Assembly (NCBI RefSeq): GCF_004010195.1
Contig: NC_057735.1
Coordinates: 11,349,577-11,413,576 of the forward strand
Reading direction: 5' to 3'
DNA: 64,000 nucleotides
Source: Chiloscyllium plagiosum
Lineage: Eukaryota
Of the stretch, positions 25,266-38,335 are shown in pieces (positions within the stretch are counted from its first letter, which is position 1; the number at the start of each line of letters is the position of its first letter). The notes below the pieces were generated by a model. The model had not been told where the DNA came from, made no database searches, and saw only the letters and a list, made by a program, of their open reading frames with translations. Made by a program: the position numbers and the translations under genes.

Positions 25266-26574
25266 TGGTGGTTTCTTATTTGATGGGCTGAAAGGTCTTT
25301 TTCTGTACTGTAAATCTCTACGACTCTACAAAGTCTTGAACTGCCACAGCCATTACAAGGATTGACAATGTACTGGACTGCATTCTATTCACATGGCCTA
25401 CTGAGCTAACCTTCATCCCCACTCATTGAAAACTAGAACTGAAGCTTCCACATGCACTACAACAAACTGCAGGGAAGAGAGCAGGACTCCATTCTGATCA
25501 TAACTTTGACAGTACATTTTATTAAATTTGGCAACATCATAAATTTTGGATTCATCACCCAACTGTAGGTGCCTCGAGAAAATTTCCTTGAGTCTGGCAA
25601 ACCTCATAGTGATGATCCTCCTACAGTCATGATGCATAGGAAATTCAAGTCATTGTCAATGCATGGCCATTTGTCTGAGACAAGGTGGTACATGACCTGT
25701 TGTTTCCATAACTCTTCTTGTAACTGTTGTGGTGTAAAGACGGATTATCAAACTAACTTAGTGAGCTGTTAGAGAGCAAGCTTCAAATAGTGCCTATGTT
25801 AGTGGTGGAAAATATGGATATTGAACCCAATGTTAGGGAAAGGCAAAGTCATTATAATCCCATGAGGCTGCTTTCAGGGGGAGACAACTAGTGGTGGGTT
25901 AACTTGAAGGTCCCCATGCCTCAGACAAGGGGAGAGGTTGAAGAAGGATAGTCCTTCATGATAACTTGAACCAGTGACAGGTATGAACCCACACTATCTG
26001 AAGTACTCTGCACTGAAAACCAACTATCCAGTCAACTGATCTAACTGACCCATGCACGAAGCAAGTTATCCCTTCCGTAGTATGGGGAGATTTCAAAACT
26101 AGGAAAGAGGAGAAAGATTTTAAAAAGACTTGAGAGACAATTTTTTTTTACACTGAGGGTGTTTTGCACGTGGAATGAACTTCCTGAGAAAGTGGTGGAT
26201 ATGGGTACAATTACAACTTTTAAAAGACATTTGGATAAATGTTTGAAAAGGAAAGGCTTGGAGGGATATGGGCCATGAGCAGACAGGTGGGATTAGTTTA
26301 TGGACTGGTTGGACCAAAGGGTCTGTTTCTGTGCTGTGTGACTCTATGACTCAAGGTCTCCATAATGTCAAGCTTGTTGTGTTACATACCCTTTGAGCAA
26401 CTAATGACAATTCCATCAGCTTCCTATCAGTCCGTAGAGTGCACAGAGGTCTTGAGGAAGTTAACAAGTGAACTACTTGTGGAATACACTCAGCCTTTGT
26501 CCTGCATTGGCGGCCACTCTGTCGAAGTGGATTGTATCGCTCCATTCTAATCAGTTGGATCACACATAGCTGAG

Positions 26575-29500
26575 TTTGTCAATAAATATGTAAGTTAGCT
26601 CGCTGAGCTTGAATGTTTGTTTTCAGATGGGGATGGGCATATGAATAGGAAGGGTTTGGAGGGATATGGGCCGGGTGCTGGCAGGTGGGACTAGATCTGG
26701 TCGGCATGGACGAGTTGGACCGAAGGGTCTGTTTCCATGCTGTACATCTCTATGACTCAATGACTATGTTTCGTCACCATACTGGGTAACATCATCAGTG
26801 AGAGCCTCTGGTGAAGCACTGGTGATATGTCCTGCCTCTCTATTTATAGGTCTTGGTTTCTTAAGATGGGTGATGTCATTTCCAATTCTCATTTTCAAGG
26901 GAAGGTAGATAGGGTTAAAATTGATGTGTTTATTGATGGAGTTCTGGTTAGAATGCCATGCCTCTAAGAATTCACGTGCGTGTCAGCACCCATCTTAAGA
27001 AACCAAGACCTATAAACAGAGAGGTGGGACATATCACCATAGTTTCACCGGAGTCTCACAGACAGAGTGCAGGAAATCCTCAAGGACGAAGGTGAAGAGC
27101 CAGAGGTGGTGATACATGTCGGCACAAATGACGTCGGCAAGAAGAGGAGGAACATACCACAGCGGGACTTCGGAGAACTAGGAAGAAGGCTGAAAAGCAG
27201 GACGTCCATGGTGGTTATCTCCGGTTTGCCTCCAGCTCCTCAGGCTGGTGAGGCCAGAAACAGGGAGATAATGGACTTGAACTTGTGGCTGGGGAGCTGG
27301 TGCAGGAAGCAAGGATTTAAATTCTTGGATCACTGGGGTATGTTTTGTGGTAAGCATAAATTATACAAGAGAGACGGTTTGCACCTTAATAGGTTAGGGA
27401 CCAGCATTCTGGCAGGCAGGTTTGCTACTGCAACACAGCTACGTTTAAACTAAGTAGAGGGGGGAAGGGGACAAACTGGATATTTAAGAAGGAAATTGAA
27501 GGGAAAGTTAGAAGGGAAGTCAAGAAAGACAACGGTATCAATGAGGCAGAAAACTCAGAAAGGGATCATGCTGTAAGGTTGAGTGAAATAGGAGTTGATG
27601 GGAAGGGTGAGGGCAGTAACAAATAAAAAATACTATACATGAATGCACGAAGCATTAGAAATAAGATGGATGAGCTTGAGGCTCTTTTGGAAATTGGCAG
27701 ATACGATATTGTGGGGATAACTGAGACGTGGTTTCAAGTGGACAGGGCCTGGGAAATGAATATTCAAGGCTACACGTGCTATTGTAAGGACAGACTGATG
27801 GGCAGAGGGGTTGGGGTTGGCCAGGTTGGTAAGGGATGATATTCAGTCCCTTGCGTGGGGGGACCTAGAATCAGGGGATGTAGAGTCAGTTAGGATAGAG
27901 CTGAGAAATATGAAGGGTAAAAAGACCCTTTTGGGAGTTACCTAGAGGCCCCCAAAAAGTAGTCTGGATGTCGGATGTAAGTTGAATCAGGAGCTGAAAT
28001 TGGCCTGTCGCAAAGATGTTACTACAGTTGTTATGGGGGATTTCAACATGCAGGTAGACTGGGAGAATCAGGATGGTATTGGACTTCAAGAAAGAGACTT
28101 TGTGGAGTGCCTCCGAGGTGGATTCTTGGAACAGCTGGTGCTGGAGCCGACCAGGGAGAAGGCAATTCTGGATCTGGTATTGTGCATCAGGGACCTCGAA
28201 GTGAAGGAGCCATTGGGATGTAATGACCATAATACAATAAGCTTCAATCTGCAATTTGAGAGGGAGAGAGTACAATCGGAAGTGACAATATTTGAATAAA
28301 GGGAACTATGGAGCTATGAGGGAGGAGCTGGCCAAAGTACAATGGTGCAATACCTTAGCAAGGATGACAGTGGAGGAACAATGGCGGATATTTCTGTGTA
28401 TAATGCAGAAGTTGCACCTTGAAGACAGAAACGGGAATATATTACGGGGAGCAAAGAAATGGCAGAAGAATTGAATTGGTACTTCAGATCTGTGTTCACT
28501 GGGGAAGACACAAGCAATCTCCCTGAGGTAACAGTGGCTGAAGGACCTGAACTTAAGGGAATTTATATTTGCCATGAATTGGTTTTGGAGAGACTGTTGG
28601 GTATGAAGGTTGTTATGTCTCCGGGGCCTGATGGTCTACATCCCAGGGTACTGAAGGAGGTGGCTCGAGAAATCGTGGATGCGTTGGTGATTATTTTCTA
28701 GAGTTCGATAGATTCGGGATCAGTTCCTGCGGATTGGAGAGTGGCTAATGTTGTACCACTTTTTAAGAAAGGTGGGAGAGAGAAAGCAGGAAATTATAGA
28801 CTAGTTAGTCTGACCTCAGAGGTGGGAAAGATGCTGGAGTCAGTTATAAAGGGTGAAATTACGACACATCTAAATAGTAGTAACAGGATAGGACAGAGTC
28901 AGCATGGATTTATGAAGGGGGAGTCATGCTTGACTAATCTTCTGGAATTTTTTGAGGATGTAACTCTGAAGATGGATGAGGGAGATCCAGTAGATGTAGT
29001 GTACCTGGACTTTCAGAAAGCTTTTGATAAAGTCCCACATAGGAGGTTAGTGAGCAAAATTAGGGCGCATGGTAATGGGGGCAAAGTACTAACTTGGACT
29101 GAAAGTTGGTTGGCTGATAGGAAACAAAGAGTAGTGATAAATGGCTCCCTTTCGGAATGGTAGGCAGTGACCAGTGAGGTACCACAGGGATCAGTACTGG
29201 GACCGCAGCTTTTTACAATATATGTTAATGGTATAGAAGATGGTATTAGTAATAACATTAGCAAATTTGCTGATGATACTAAGCTGGGTGGCAGGGTGAA
29301 ATGCGAGGAGGATGTTAGGAGATTACAGGGTGACCTGGACAGGTTAGGTGAGTGGTCAGGTGCATGGCAGATGCAGTTTAATGTGGATAAATGTATGGTT
29401 ATCCACTTTGGTGGCAAGAACAAGAAGGCAGATTACTACCTAACTGGAATCAATTTAGGTAAAGGGGCAGTACAAAGAAATCTGGTGTTCTTGTACACCA

Positions 29501-30270
29501 GTCAATGAAGGTAAGCATGCAGGTACAGCAGGTAGTGAAGAAGGCTAATAGCATGCTGGCCTTCATAACAAGAGGGATTGAGTATAGAAGCAAAGAGGTT
29601 CTTCTGCAGCCGTACAGGGCCCTGGTGAGACCACACCTGGAGTACTGTGTGCAGTTCTGGTCTCCAAATTTGAGGAAAGACATTCTGGCTATTGAGGGAG
29701 TGCAGCGTAGGTTCACGAGGTCAATTCCTGGAATGGCGGGACTACCTTACGCTGAAAGACTGGAGCGACCGGGCTTGTATACCCTTTTGAAGATTGAGAG
29801 GGGATATGATTGAGACATATAAGATTATTAAAGAATTGGACACTCAGAGGCAGGAAACATGTTTCAGCTGATGGGTGAGTGCCGAATGGTCTACCCCTTA
29901 AAAATACGGGGTAGACCATTTAGGACAGAGATGAGGAGAAACTTCTTCACCCAGAGAGTGGTGGCTGTGTGGAATGCTCTGCCCCGGAGGGCAGTGGAGG
30001 CCCAGTCTCTGGATTCATTTAAGAAAGATTTGGATGGAGCTCTCAAGGATAGTGGAATCAAGGGTTATGGAGATAAGGCAGGAACAGGATACTGATTAAG
30101 GATGATCAGCCATGATCATATTGAACGGTGGTGCAGGCTCGAAGGGCAGAATGGCCGACTCCTGCACCTATTGTCTATTGTCTATTGATGTTACCTAGTA
30201 TGGTGATGAAACATCTGAACACAAACCTTCAAGCTTATTGAGCTAAATTACGTACTTATCATCAACCTTC
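26575..30270. mobile_element. Second-family fold-back element with hammerhead motifs (probably Penelope-derived), split by two CR1 insertions
   Basis: 26575-26629 plus 26766-26875 is the reverse complement of 26985-27059 plus 30187-30270. Hammerhead core CTGATGA-T-GTTACC-cagtat-GGTGAC-GAAA on the minus strand at ~26768-26798. Confidence 0.65.
27060..30186 (+). mobile_element. CR1 LINE with ORF1 SGNH-esterase part and disrupted ORF2 (APE and RT)
   Basis: ORF1 has VIHVGTND...DGLHLN. ORF2 has [39 protein letters not shown] and KFADDTK. Tail (CTATTGT)n; internal deletion near 28415. Confidence 0.93.
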
Positions 30271-30974
30271 TCATAAAATGCTGAGTTTGTCAGTGTTAGG
30301 GAGGTGGTCAGCACCTTCCTATTGGCGATGCTCCATATGTGGTGCAAATGTTAACCTACTGTTCATTAACCCAAACATGAATGTTTCTGAGATGCGGCTT
30401 TAGGTATCATAAAAGTGTTGTGAATAAACATTCCCAATGTATGACGAAGAGAAGAGAGACTTATTTCTGACCTTCAGACAGAGACAGGATCATTGGTCAG
30501 GATGGTTGGGCCATATATGCTTTCTTGGCAATTCCTCTGGAGTGGGGAAGATGATTGACACAGAGTCCAAGAATAAGAAGAGAGAGAGAGAGAGATAGAG
30601 AGAAAGGAAGAAACAGGGGAGAGAAAGACAGAGGGAACCTGAAAGCAGCAGCATTGTACTAGCAAGATGTACAATAATTCGCCTCTAATTAGCATAACCA
30701 TTTTCTTTTGTCAAAATTGATTCTGGCCATCGGACAAATTTTCTTTTGTCTATCACTGACTTGTGTTTCCCAAGGAGCACGTGGTACTATATTTTCTGTA
30801 ATGCTGCCCTGATGCCAAGTTCAGCACCCTGGCTATTCAGCTCTTGTGCTGATGTCTCGGTCTGGGTGTCACAAAGACAGGAGCTGCACATTTATATGGC
30901 ATTGTAGGCACTCTTGTTACAGCTAACTTGTGAATGCTTTGCAATTTTTTTATATATATATATATATATAAATT

Positions 30975-32090
30975 TAACCCCCACACTACCGCCTAAGTGC
31001 GGTAGTGCTTATTTTTTCCCCAGCACCCATGGTGTGTGTGCAGGTGTGAGACACAGTGAGAGACACAAGGTGCACAAATCTTTATTCAACTTCTACCACC
31101 AGGAAGAAAGGAAACACCCGAGTGGCCAGTAACAAGCAGGGCCCTTTACATTGAAGGGCAATGCTGTGTGATCAAACAGTGAAGGGAAGGGCAGGGACTA
31201 AATCAAAATAGAGTTGGAGGGGGAAATAATGCACTCCACTCCCTGCGGCGCCGACCTCTCCCTGAACAACTCCAGGGTGTTGGTGGACACCGCGTGCTCC
31301 TTCTCCAAGGACACCTGGGCCCGAACATAACCGCGGAAGAGGGGCAGGCAGTCGGCCCTAACGACCCACTCCACGGCCCGCTGCCTCGACCTGTTTATGG
31401 CCAGTTTGGCCAGGCCCAGGAGCAGACCCACGAGGAGGTCTTCAGACCTGCCCTCCCTCCTCCGTACCGGGTGCCCAAAGATCAGGAGCGTGGGCCTGAA
31501 GTGCAACCAAAAGCAGAGGAGGAGGTTTTTGAGAAAATCAAAAAGGGAGTGCAAACGCCCACACCCAATATACACGTGATCCACGGACTCCACAGAACAA
31601 GCAGTTGTGCTGAGAGTCCTTGAACCACCGCAATCTACGGTTGCAGGGGACTGCTGCGTGCAGCACCCTCCACCCCAGATCCCGGAGAGAAAGGGGGAGG
31701 ACTCCCGCGTAGAGAGCCCTCCACTGGGGGTCCCCACCGCCCGGTGGCAAATGGGCACGCCAAGGCGTGTCCGGACGGTGGATGAGGGAGAAGAGGTGGA
31801 CGGTGTGCAGCAGCAGTCTATATAGGGCCCTCCGTTTTACATCCTTAAAAGGGACAAAATGAAAATTCCGGAGGTGGCTCAGGTTGTGAGGCACAGGCTC
31901 CCGCAGAGAAGTACGGGACCTTGGGGCCAATGTGAAATTCCGGCCGGGCTGGGGTGAGCGCGGACGGGATCCCACCGCACACCTGAGCATCCTCCAACTG
32001 GTGCACTACGTCGGGTCCGAACACCACCGTTTTAAGGCGTCGGATGGCGGTGGCCACGTACCGGACGCCTACTGCTGCGCTTTCCAATTT
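30975..32090 (-). mobile_element. Tx1-clade (L1-like) non-LTR retrotransposon 3' fragment, copy A
   Basis: ORF2 C-terminus LGWRVLHAAVPCN...CLFCG...ESVDHVYIGC (CCHC zinc knuckle)...LLGLAKLAI, followed by a 3' UTR with terminal hairpin CACTACCGC-ctaagt-GCGGTAGTG (30984-31007). Confidence 0.8.
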
Positions 32091-32109
32091 TAAATTCTGT
32101 CCGGGCTAC

Positions 32110-33127
32110 ACTCCTGTTTGTTTTTTTTTGTAGGGGAGGGTAGGGACTAAATCAAAACAGAATTGGAACACTCCTTTTTTTTTTTCTTTTATTAACCCCC
32201 ACACTACCACCTAAGTGCGGTAGTGCTTATTTTATCCCCAGCACCCATGGTGTGTGTGCAAGTGGGAGACACAGTGAAAGACACAAAGTGCACCAATATT
32301 TATTCAATTTCCACCACCAGAAAGATAGGAAAACACCCGGGTGGCCAGTGACAAACACTGCCCTTCACATCAAAGGGCAGTGCTGTGTGATCAAAACAGT
32401 GAAGGGGAGGGTAGGGACTAAATCAAAATAGAGTTGGAGGGAGAAGTGAAGCACTCCACTTTTTTTAAATTTAACCCCCACACTACCACCTAAGTGCAGT
32501 AGTGCCTATTTTTTCCCCCAGCACCCATGGTGTGTGTGTGCAGGGGTGAGACACAGTGAAAGACACAAAGTGCACAAATCTTTATTCAAATTCCACCACC
32601 AGGAACATTCCACGGACTCCACAGTGCCACAGAACAAGCAGTTGGGCTGGGAGTCCGTGAACCACCGCAATCTGCGGTTGCAGGGGGCTGCTGCGTGCAG
32701 CACCCTCCACCCCAGATCCCCGAGAGAAAGGGGGAGGACTCCCGCGTGGAGAGCCCTCCACTGGGGATCCCCACCGCCCGGTGGCAAATGGGCACGCCCA
32801 AGGCGTGTCCGGACATGGATGAGGGAGAAGAGGTGGACGGTGTGCAGCAGCAGTCTATATAGGGCCCGCCTTTTTACATCCTTAAAAGGGACAAAATGAA
32901 AATTCCGGAGGCGGCTCAGGTTGTGGGGCACAGGCTCCCGCGGGAAGTACGGGACCTTGGGGCCAATGTGAAATTCCGGCCGGGCTGAGGTGAGCGCGGA
33001 CGGGATCCCACCGCACACCTGAGCATCCTCCAACTGGTGCACTACGTCGGGTCCGAGCACCACCGTTTTAAGGCGTCGGATGGCGGTGGCCACGTACCGG
33101 ACGTCTACCGCTGCGTTTTCCAATTTT
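32110..33127 (-). mobile_element. Further Tx1-clade 3' fragments (short pieces 32132-32460; internally deleted copy C 32472-33127)
   Basis: Repeats of the same 3' UTR and hairpin, each with a T-run on the + strand. ORF 32506-33225 matches copy A, with a deletion junction at ~32605. Confidence 0.8.
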
Positions 33128-36109
33128 ATCATGGAAAGGGCCAATGAGTTGAAGAATTTACATGAAATTGGATGTTGATTTGATGGATTTTTGTCAAGGA
33201 AGAGTTGGGCCAGTTTCTGGTCCATAGGAAATAATAGCTTCTGGACAGACCAATTAGTCCAGGGTAGTCCCTAGCTTAGTTTTGATCAGTAAGAGGGCTT
33301 GCAGATCAATTATGGTTTTGAGTGTAAAGTAGGAAGTATAAATTGTAAAATTTATGTAATCCCAATGATTTATTTATTTTTATTATTCATTTGGGCATTC
33401 TACACCCTATTCCCAGTTATTAATATAGATAGTAAATTATTGAGATCAGAGGACAGATGCTTGTGACACTCCATTAATTACATCTTTCCAACCTGAAAAA
33501 GACTCCTTAATCCTGACTCTCTGCCTTCTGTGTGTTCACCTATCCTCAGTCTATGCTAATACAATATCCCAAGTACCATGTGCTCCCATCATGTGCAATA
33601 ACCTTTTATGTGGCATCTTTCAGAATGCCTTCTCGATATCCAAATACACTACATCTACTTTCATCGACATCCTCAAAGAACTCTAGCAAATTTGTCAAAT
33701 GTAGGCTCCCTTTCACAGAATCATGTTAGCTCTGATTAACTGCATTCAATCTTTCTAAAGGTCCTGTTACTGGACAAGACACTGGCTGAGGCTCTGCCAA
33801 ACATAAAACTTAGATCCCCATAATTGCCTCATCCACAGTCACACCCTTCTATCCATGATCACAGACTATATTTGATGTAATTAATCTAACCCTCTCTGTT
33901 GTGTTGCAGCATTCATATCTCAGTTCATTGACTCTGAACCAAAGGCCTTGAGCAGCCAACATTTATTGCAGGTAACACCAAGGTGCACCAAAGCCCACCA
34001 GTTCCCATATACTACAGCTGCAATACATAAATAGAATAGTTTTGACTGAATAGGTTAACTAATATGAAGGTTAATCCTCAACCTAGAGGGACAGCCTGAC
34101 GAGAAGACCACCAAAATGTAGACTAAAACATCAACATGTGTTTAAAACATCTGCAGTCTCCGCTAATAAAACAGAAGATTCTAGAAATGCTCATTAGGTC
34201 TGACAGCTTTGGGAAGAGAAGCAGGAATGCTTCCCATTCGGATTTTTAAAAAAAAAATTTCCTGAAGTGGGAACTCCACTTCTCTTCTAAAGAAGTTGCC
34301 CTAATTTTACTTCAGCATACCAGAATCCACAATATCCTCTTTTCAAGAAGTTAGTATTAGTTAGCATTATTTCCGAGCAGCAGAACACTATAGAATATGC
34401 AAATTAAGGCATTTCACATTAAAACCCTTAGAATTCTCCTGCAGCATTCACACTCATGGCCATGCTCACTCATGATGAAAGTTGTGTGTTGGATTATTGC
34501 ATATCATTTATTTGTTGCAGTGGTTGGTACTCACCATGAACAGAAAGGCAAGTGAAATATGTAAGATATTTTGATTTAAAGAAACTGATTAGAGGCTGAG
34601 AAAGACTCCCCACGAGCCTCCAGCTGGAAGAAAGGAAAGCGGAAAGTTAGGTTGCCACTTAAACTGCTCTCAGAAACTGGCTCAAAATCTCGAAGAGGTA
34701 GCTGTGAATGAGAAGTCAGTTGTAAGTAATTTTATTTTTTCTAGAATGTGGGCTGGTCATGCATGTTGTGAGAACCACAAATGAGCTGAAGTCATTATAG
34801 TTCAACATCTAAAAACAGGTCATAGTCAGTGGCCTGTAGATAATGCTTTTTGCCCTGAGCTTAAACCATTGCGCAAAGGAAATACTTAAATGAAAAGTTG
34901 TTCTTTCTCTTCTCTATTTACTCTGTGATTTTCCATGACGCAACTAAGATTAGATTTTTTTTTTAAATGTATAACTCACTGAAAAGAATAGTGAGGGGAA
35001 CCAACATTTTGAAGAGGGGGCAGACCCAGGCTACTTGTTATCAAATGGAATTTTAAAAAAGTCAATGACCTTTGTGGCCTGTTTAAAGTTCTGATTCATG
35101 GTCAGGAAATGGTCTGCCCGGAATTCAATACAAACATTTTGCAAGGTTAACAACAAACACTCTGCAAACAAGTGATTTATAAAATCAGCTTTTGTATACA
35201 GTATACACGCAAATTGTTTGAAATGCTTATTAACTTGTAGAGGTGGGAAATGAGTTGTCATTTATAAGAGCATGTTAGAACACCCTTTACCCACAGAACC
35301 TGCTTTATTGTTTTCAAAATTAGAGTTTGTGTTTTATTAATTGTGCTTTTTGATAGGTCATGAGTGACAGACTTACAAAGTGGACTATAAGTTGCTTAGT
35401 GGGGAGGAAGTGATAATGCAGTTCTGATGAAGGGTTAATTGACTTGAAAGGTTAATTCTGTTTCTCTCCATAGGTGCTGCCAAATCTGCTGAGTTTCTCC
35501 AGCAATTTGTTTTTGTTTCATTTTTTTTTATTGGTTACACTGTGACACTGTTACTTCAATGATTTGGATATCAGATCAGTCAGTCGTTTAGAGTGGGATG
35601 CAGAATGTAGGATGTACTGAAATGGTAAATTCATAAAGTGGAGTTGATACCTCAAAGCTAGTTGGAAACAATTTGTCTGTCTATTGGTTGAAGATGTCTA
35701 TGGTCCTTTGTTGACTATAGTTATTTACCAGATATCAGAATGCAAGAATTACCTTTACTCATGCTGCCAATATGTTTACGTCTAGCTCCTCATTCAATAG
35801 GAAAGGGTTATGGAGATAGGAGATCCTTGGTAGATTGCCCATGGCAATATCTTGACAAAATCAGATTCTACCTGTTGGGTCTGATTGTTGTCAGCGAAGA
35901 TCAAAAATTAACAGTTCCTACACTTCCATGCCAACATGATCCAAGCAATCAGCACCTGCTTCTCTTATTGGGTAAATGGTTGTTCCCTTTCTAAATTTAG
36001 AAACTTGTCCCAGTCCTTCACTTTCATGTCTCCAATGTTTCACTTTTAAAATTACCAAGCAACTACTTGTACAGTGCTTGCTAATAATTTGTAAGATACT
36101 TCTTTGAGA

Positions 36110-36437
36110 TGATAGAATCCCTACACTATGGAAACAGGCCATTGGGTCCAACAAGTCTACATGAGCCTTCCAAAGAGTAACCCACCCAGACCATTCCCCT
36201 ATATTTACTCCTGACTAATACACCTAACCTACACATCCCTGAAAACTACAAGCAATTTAGCATGGTCAATTCACCTAACCTGTACATCTTTGGATTGTGG
36301 GAAGAAATCGGAGCACCCGGAGGAAACCCGTGCACGCAGGAAGAGAATGTGTAAACTCCACACAGTCACCCGAGGCTGAAATCGAACCCAGGTCTTTGGA
36401 CGTGAGGCAGTAGTGCGAACCACTGAGCCACCATGCC
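36110..36437 (-). mobile_element. HE1-type V-SINE
   Basis: Reverse complement of the family at 10558 and 19103. Confidence 0.85.
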
Positions 36438-37169
36438 AACCTTTGCCACTGTGCTGTTCTTATGATTGAAGGGTCTCACAGCTTGGGCAACAAATGATCG
36501 GTAAGCTCACATGAATAATAATGTTCATGAAGCTTGCTGTTAATTGTCCATTACGTTCAGCAAGGCAGTCATGCATATCACTGCTATGTATATGACAAAC
36601 ACATTTTTCCCTATTCAAAGTGGCATGATGTAGCAAATAGCTGTCAAATATTGGTTAGAATCCTTTGTTTCCTATTGTCAGTGTACAGTTATCCATTAGA
36701 ATCATAGAATCCATACAGTATGGGAGCAGGCCATTCAGCCCATCAAGTCTGCACTGATCCTTTGTCAAGAATCCCACCCAGACCCATTTCCCCTACCCGT
36801 TCCTGTGGCCATGCATTTCCCATAGCTAACCTACCTAACCTGCACATCCCTGAACACTATGGGCCATTTAACATTACCAATCCACCTAACCTGACACCTT
36901 TGGATTATGGGAGGAAACGATCAACTAAGTAGTGAGGATTGCAGATGTTGGAGATCAGAGTCAAAAACTGGCACCAGAAAAGCACAACAGGTCAGGCAAC
37001 AGCTGACAAGCAGGAGTCGATGTTCTCCTGATGAAGAGCTCATGCTTGTATCGTCAACTCTCCTGCTCTGCAGATGCTACCTGATCTGCTATGCTTTTCC
37101 AGCACCACACTTTTTGACTGTGGGAGGAAACCAAAGCATGTGGAGGAAACCCACACAGAGACACAGGCC

Positions 37170-37725
37170 TCCTCTCCATTGGGGAGAGAGGCCGCCTACT
37201 TGCAGAATGTTTCAGAGAACACCTCTGGGACACCTGCACCAACCAACCCAAGCACCCTGTGGTTCAACACTTGAACTCCCCCTCCCACTCCGCCAAGGAC
37301 ATGCAGGTCCTTGGCCTCCGTCACCAGACCATGGCAACACGACACCTGGAGGAAGAGCGCCTCATCTTCCACCCAAGAACCTCCAACCACAAGGGATGAA
37401 TGCAGATTTCTCCAGCTTCATTTCCTCTCCCCTCACCCTCAAACTCAGCACCACCTTCTTGACCTGCAATCTTCTTCCCAACCTCTCCGCCCCCACTCCG
37501 GCCTATCACCTTAACCTCCTACCACCTATCACACTCCCAACATCCCTCCCAAGTCCCTCCTCCCTACCTTTTATCTTAGTCTGCTTGGCACACCTTCATT
37601 CCTGAAGGGCTTATGCCCGAAACATTGTTTCTCCTGCTCCTTGGATGCTGCCTGACCTGCTACGCTTTTCCAGCAACACATTTTTCAGCTCTGATCTCCA
37701 ACATCTGCAGTCCTCAATTTCTCCC
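37170..37725 (+). mobile_element. Penelope-like element 3' fragment nested in a SINE
   Basis: Same family as 8600-9150 (degenerate GIY-YIG segment, C/T-rich 3' region, degenerate hammerhead at ~37600-37625). Flanked by parts of a minus-strand HE1-type SINE (36695-37790). Confidence 0.75.
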
Positions 37726-38127
37726 ACAGGGAGAATATGCCAATACCCCACACAGTTGCCCAAAGGTGGAATCGTACCTGGATTCCTGATACTGCAAGGC
37801 AGCAGTGTTAGCCACTGAGCCACCATGCTACATTACTTGAATGAGATTCATCTATTGTATCATTCTGTTTCTATTTCTCATTGGCTTGACCTGTTTTTGG
37901 TTATTTCTCATTGCTGATCACAAATATGCCTGTATACTTCTTACCCTTTTTAGCTTTAATGAAGATGCCACAGCCAAAAATATTCAGCTGCCTTTTTTGT
38001 CCACATATGCTCATGAACTGATTGATTATTCCTAACATTTTCACGTGTCTATCATTTTTGGTGAACTTTTGTTTCCTCAAATGTTAACACTTTGCGTCAT
38101 CTTTGCTGAGCCAATTTCATACCATTC

Positions 38128-38335
38128 AAGATTAAAGTGGTGCTGGAAAAGCACAGCACGTCAGGCAGCATCAGAGGAGCAGGAAACTTGACATTTTGGA
38201 CAAAAGCCCTCCATCAGGGCTTTTGCCCGAAATGTCAATATTCCTCCTTCTTGGATGCTGCCTGACCCACTGTGCTTTTCCAGCACCATTCTAATCTCGA
38301 CTCTAATCTCCAGCATCTGCAGTACCCATCTCCAC
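38128..38335. repeat. Short fold-back repeat (PLE-terminus derived)
   Basis: Inverted arms meeting at gccctccatcagggcttttgcccgaaatgtc. Similar elements at 54878-55102 and 58250-58450. Confidence 0.7.

Noticed and set aside
27067-27453. Host SGNH/GDSL esterase gene
   Set aside because: It is CR1 ORF1, directly followed by APE-RT ORF2 remnants.
36907-37605. 232-aa ORF
   Set aside because: Chance read-through across a fold-back repeat, a SINE and an off-frame PLE fragment.
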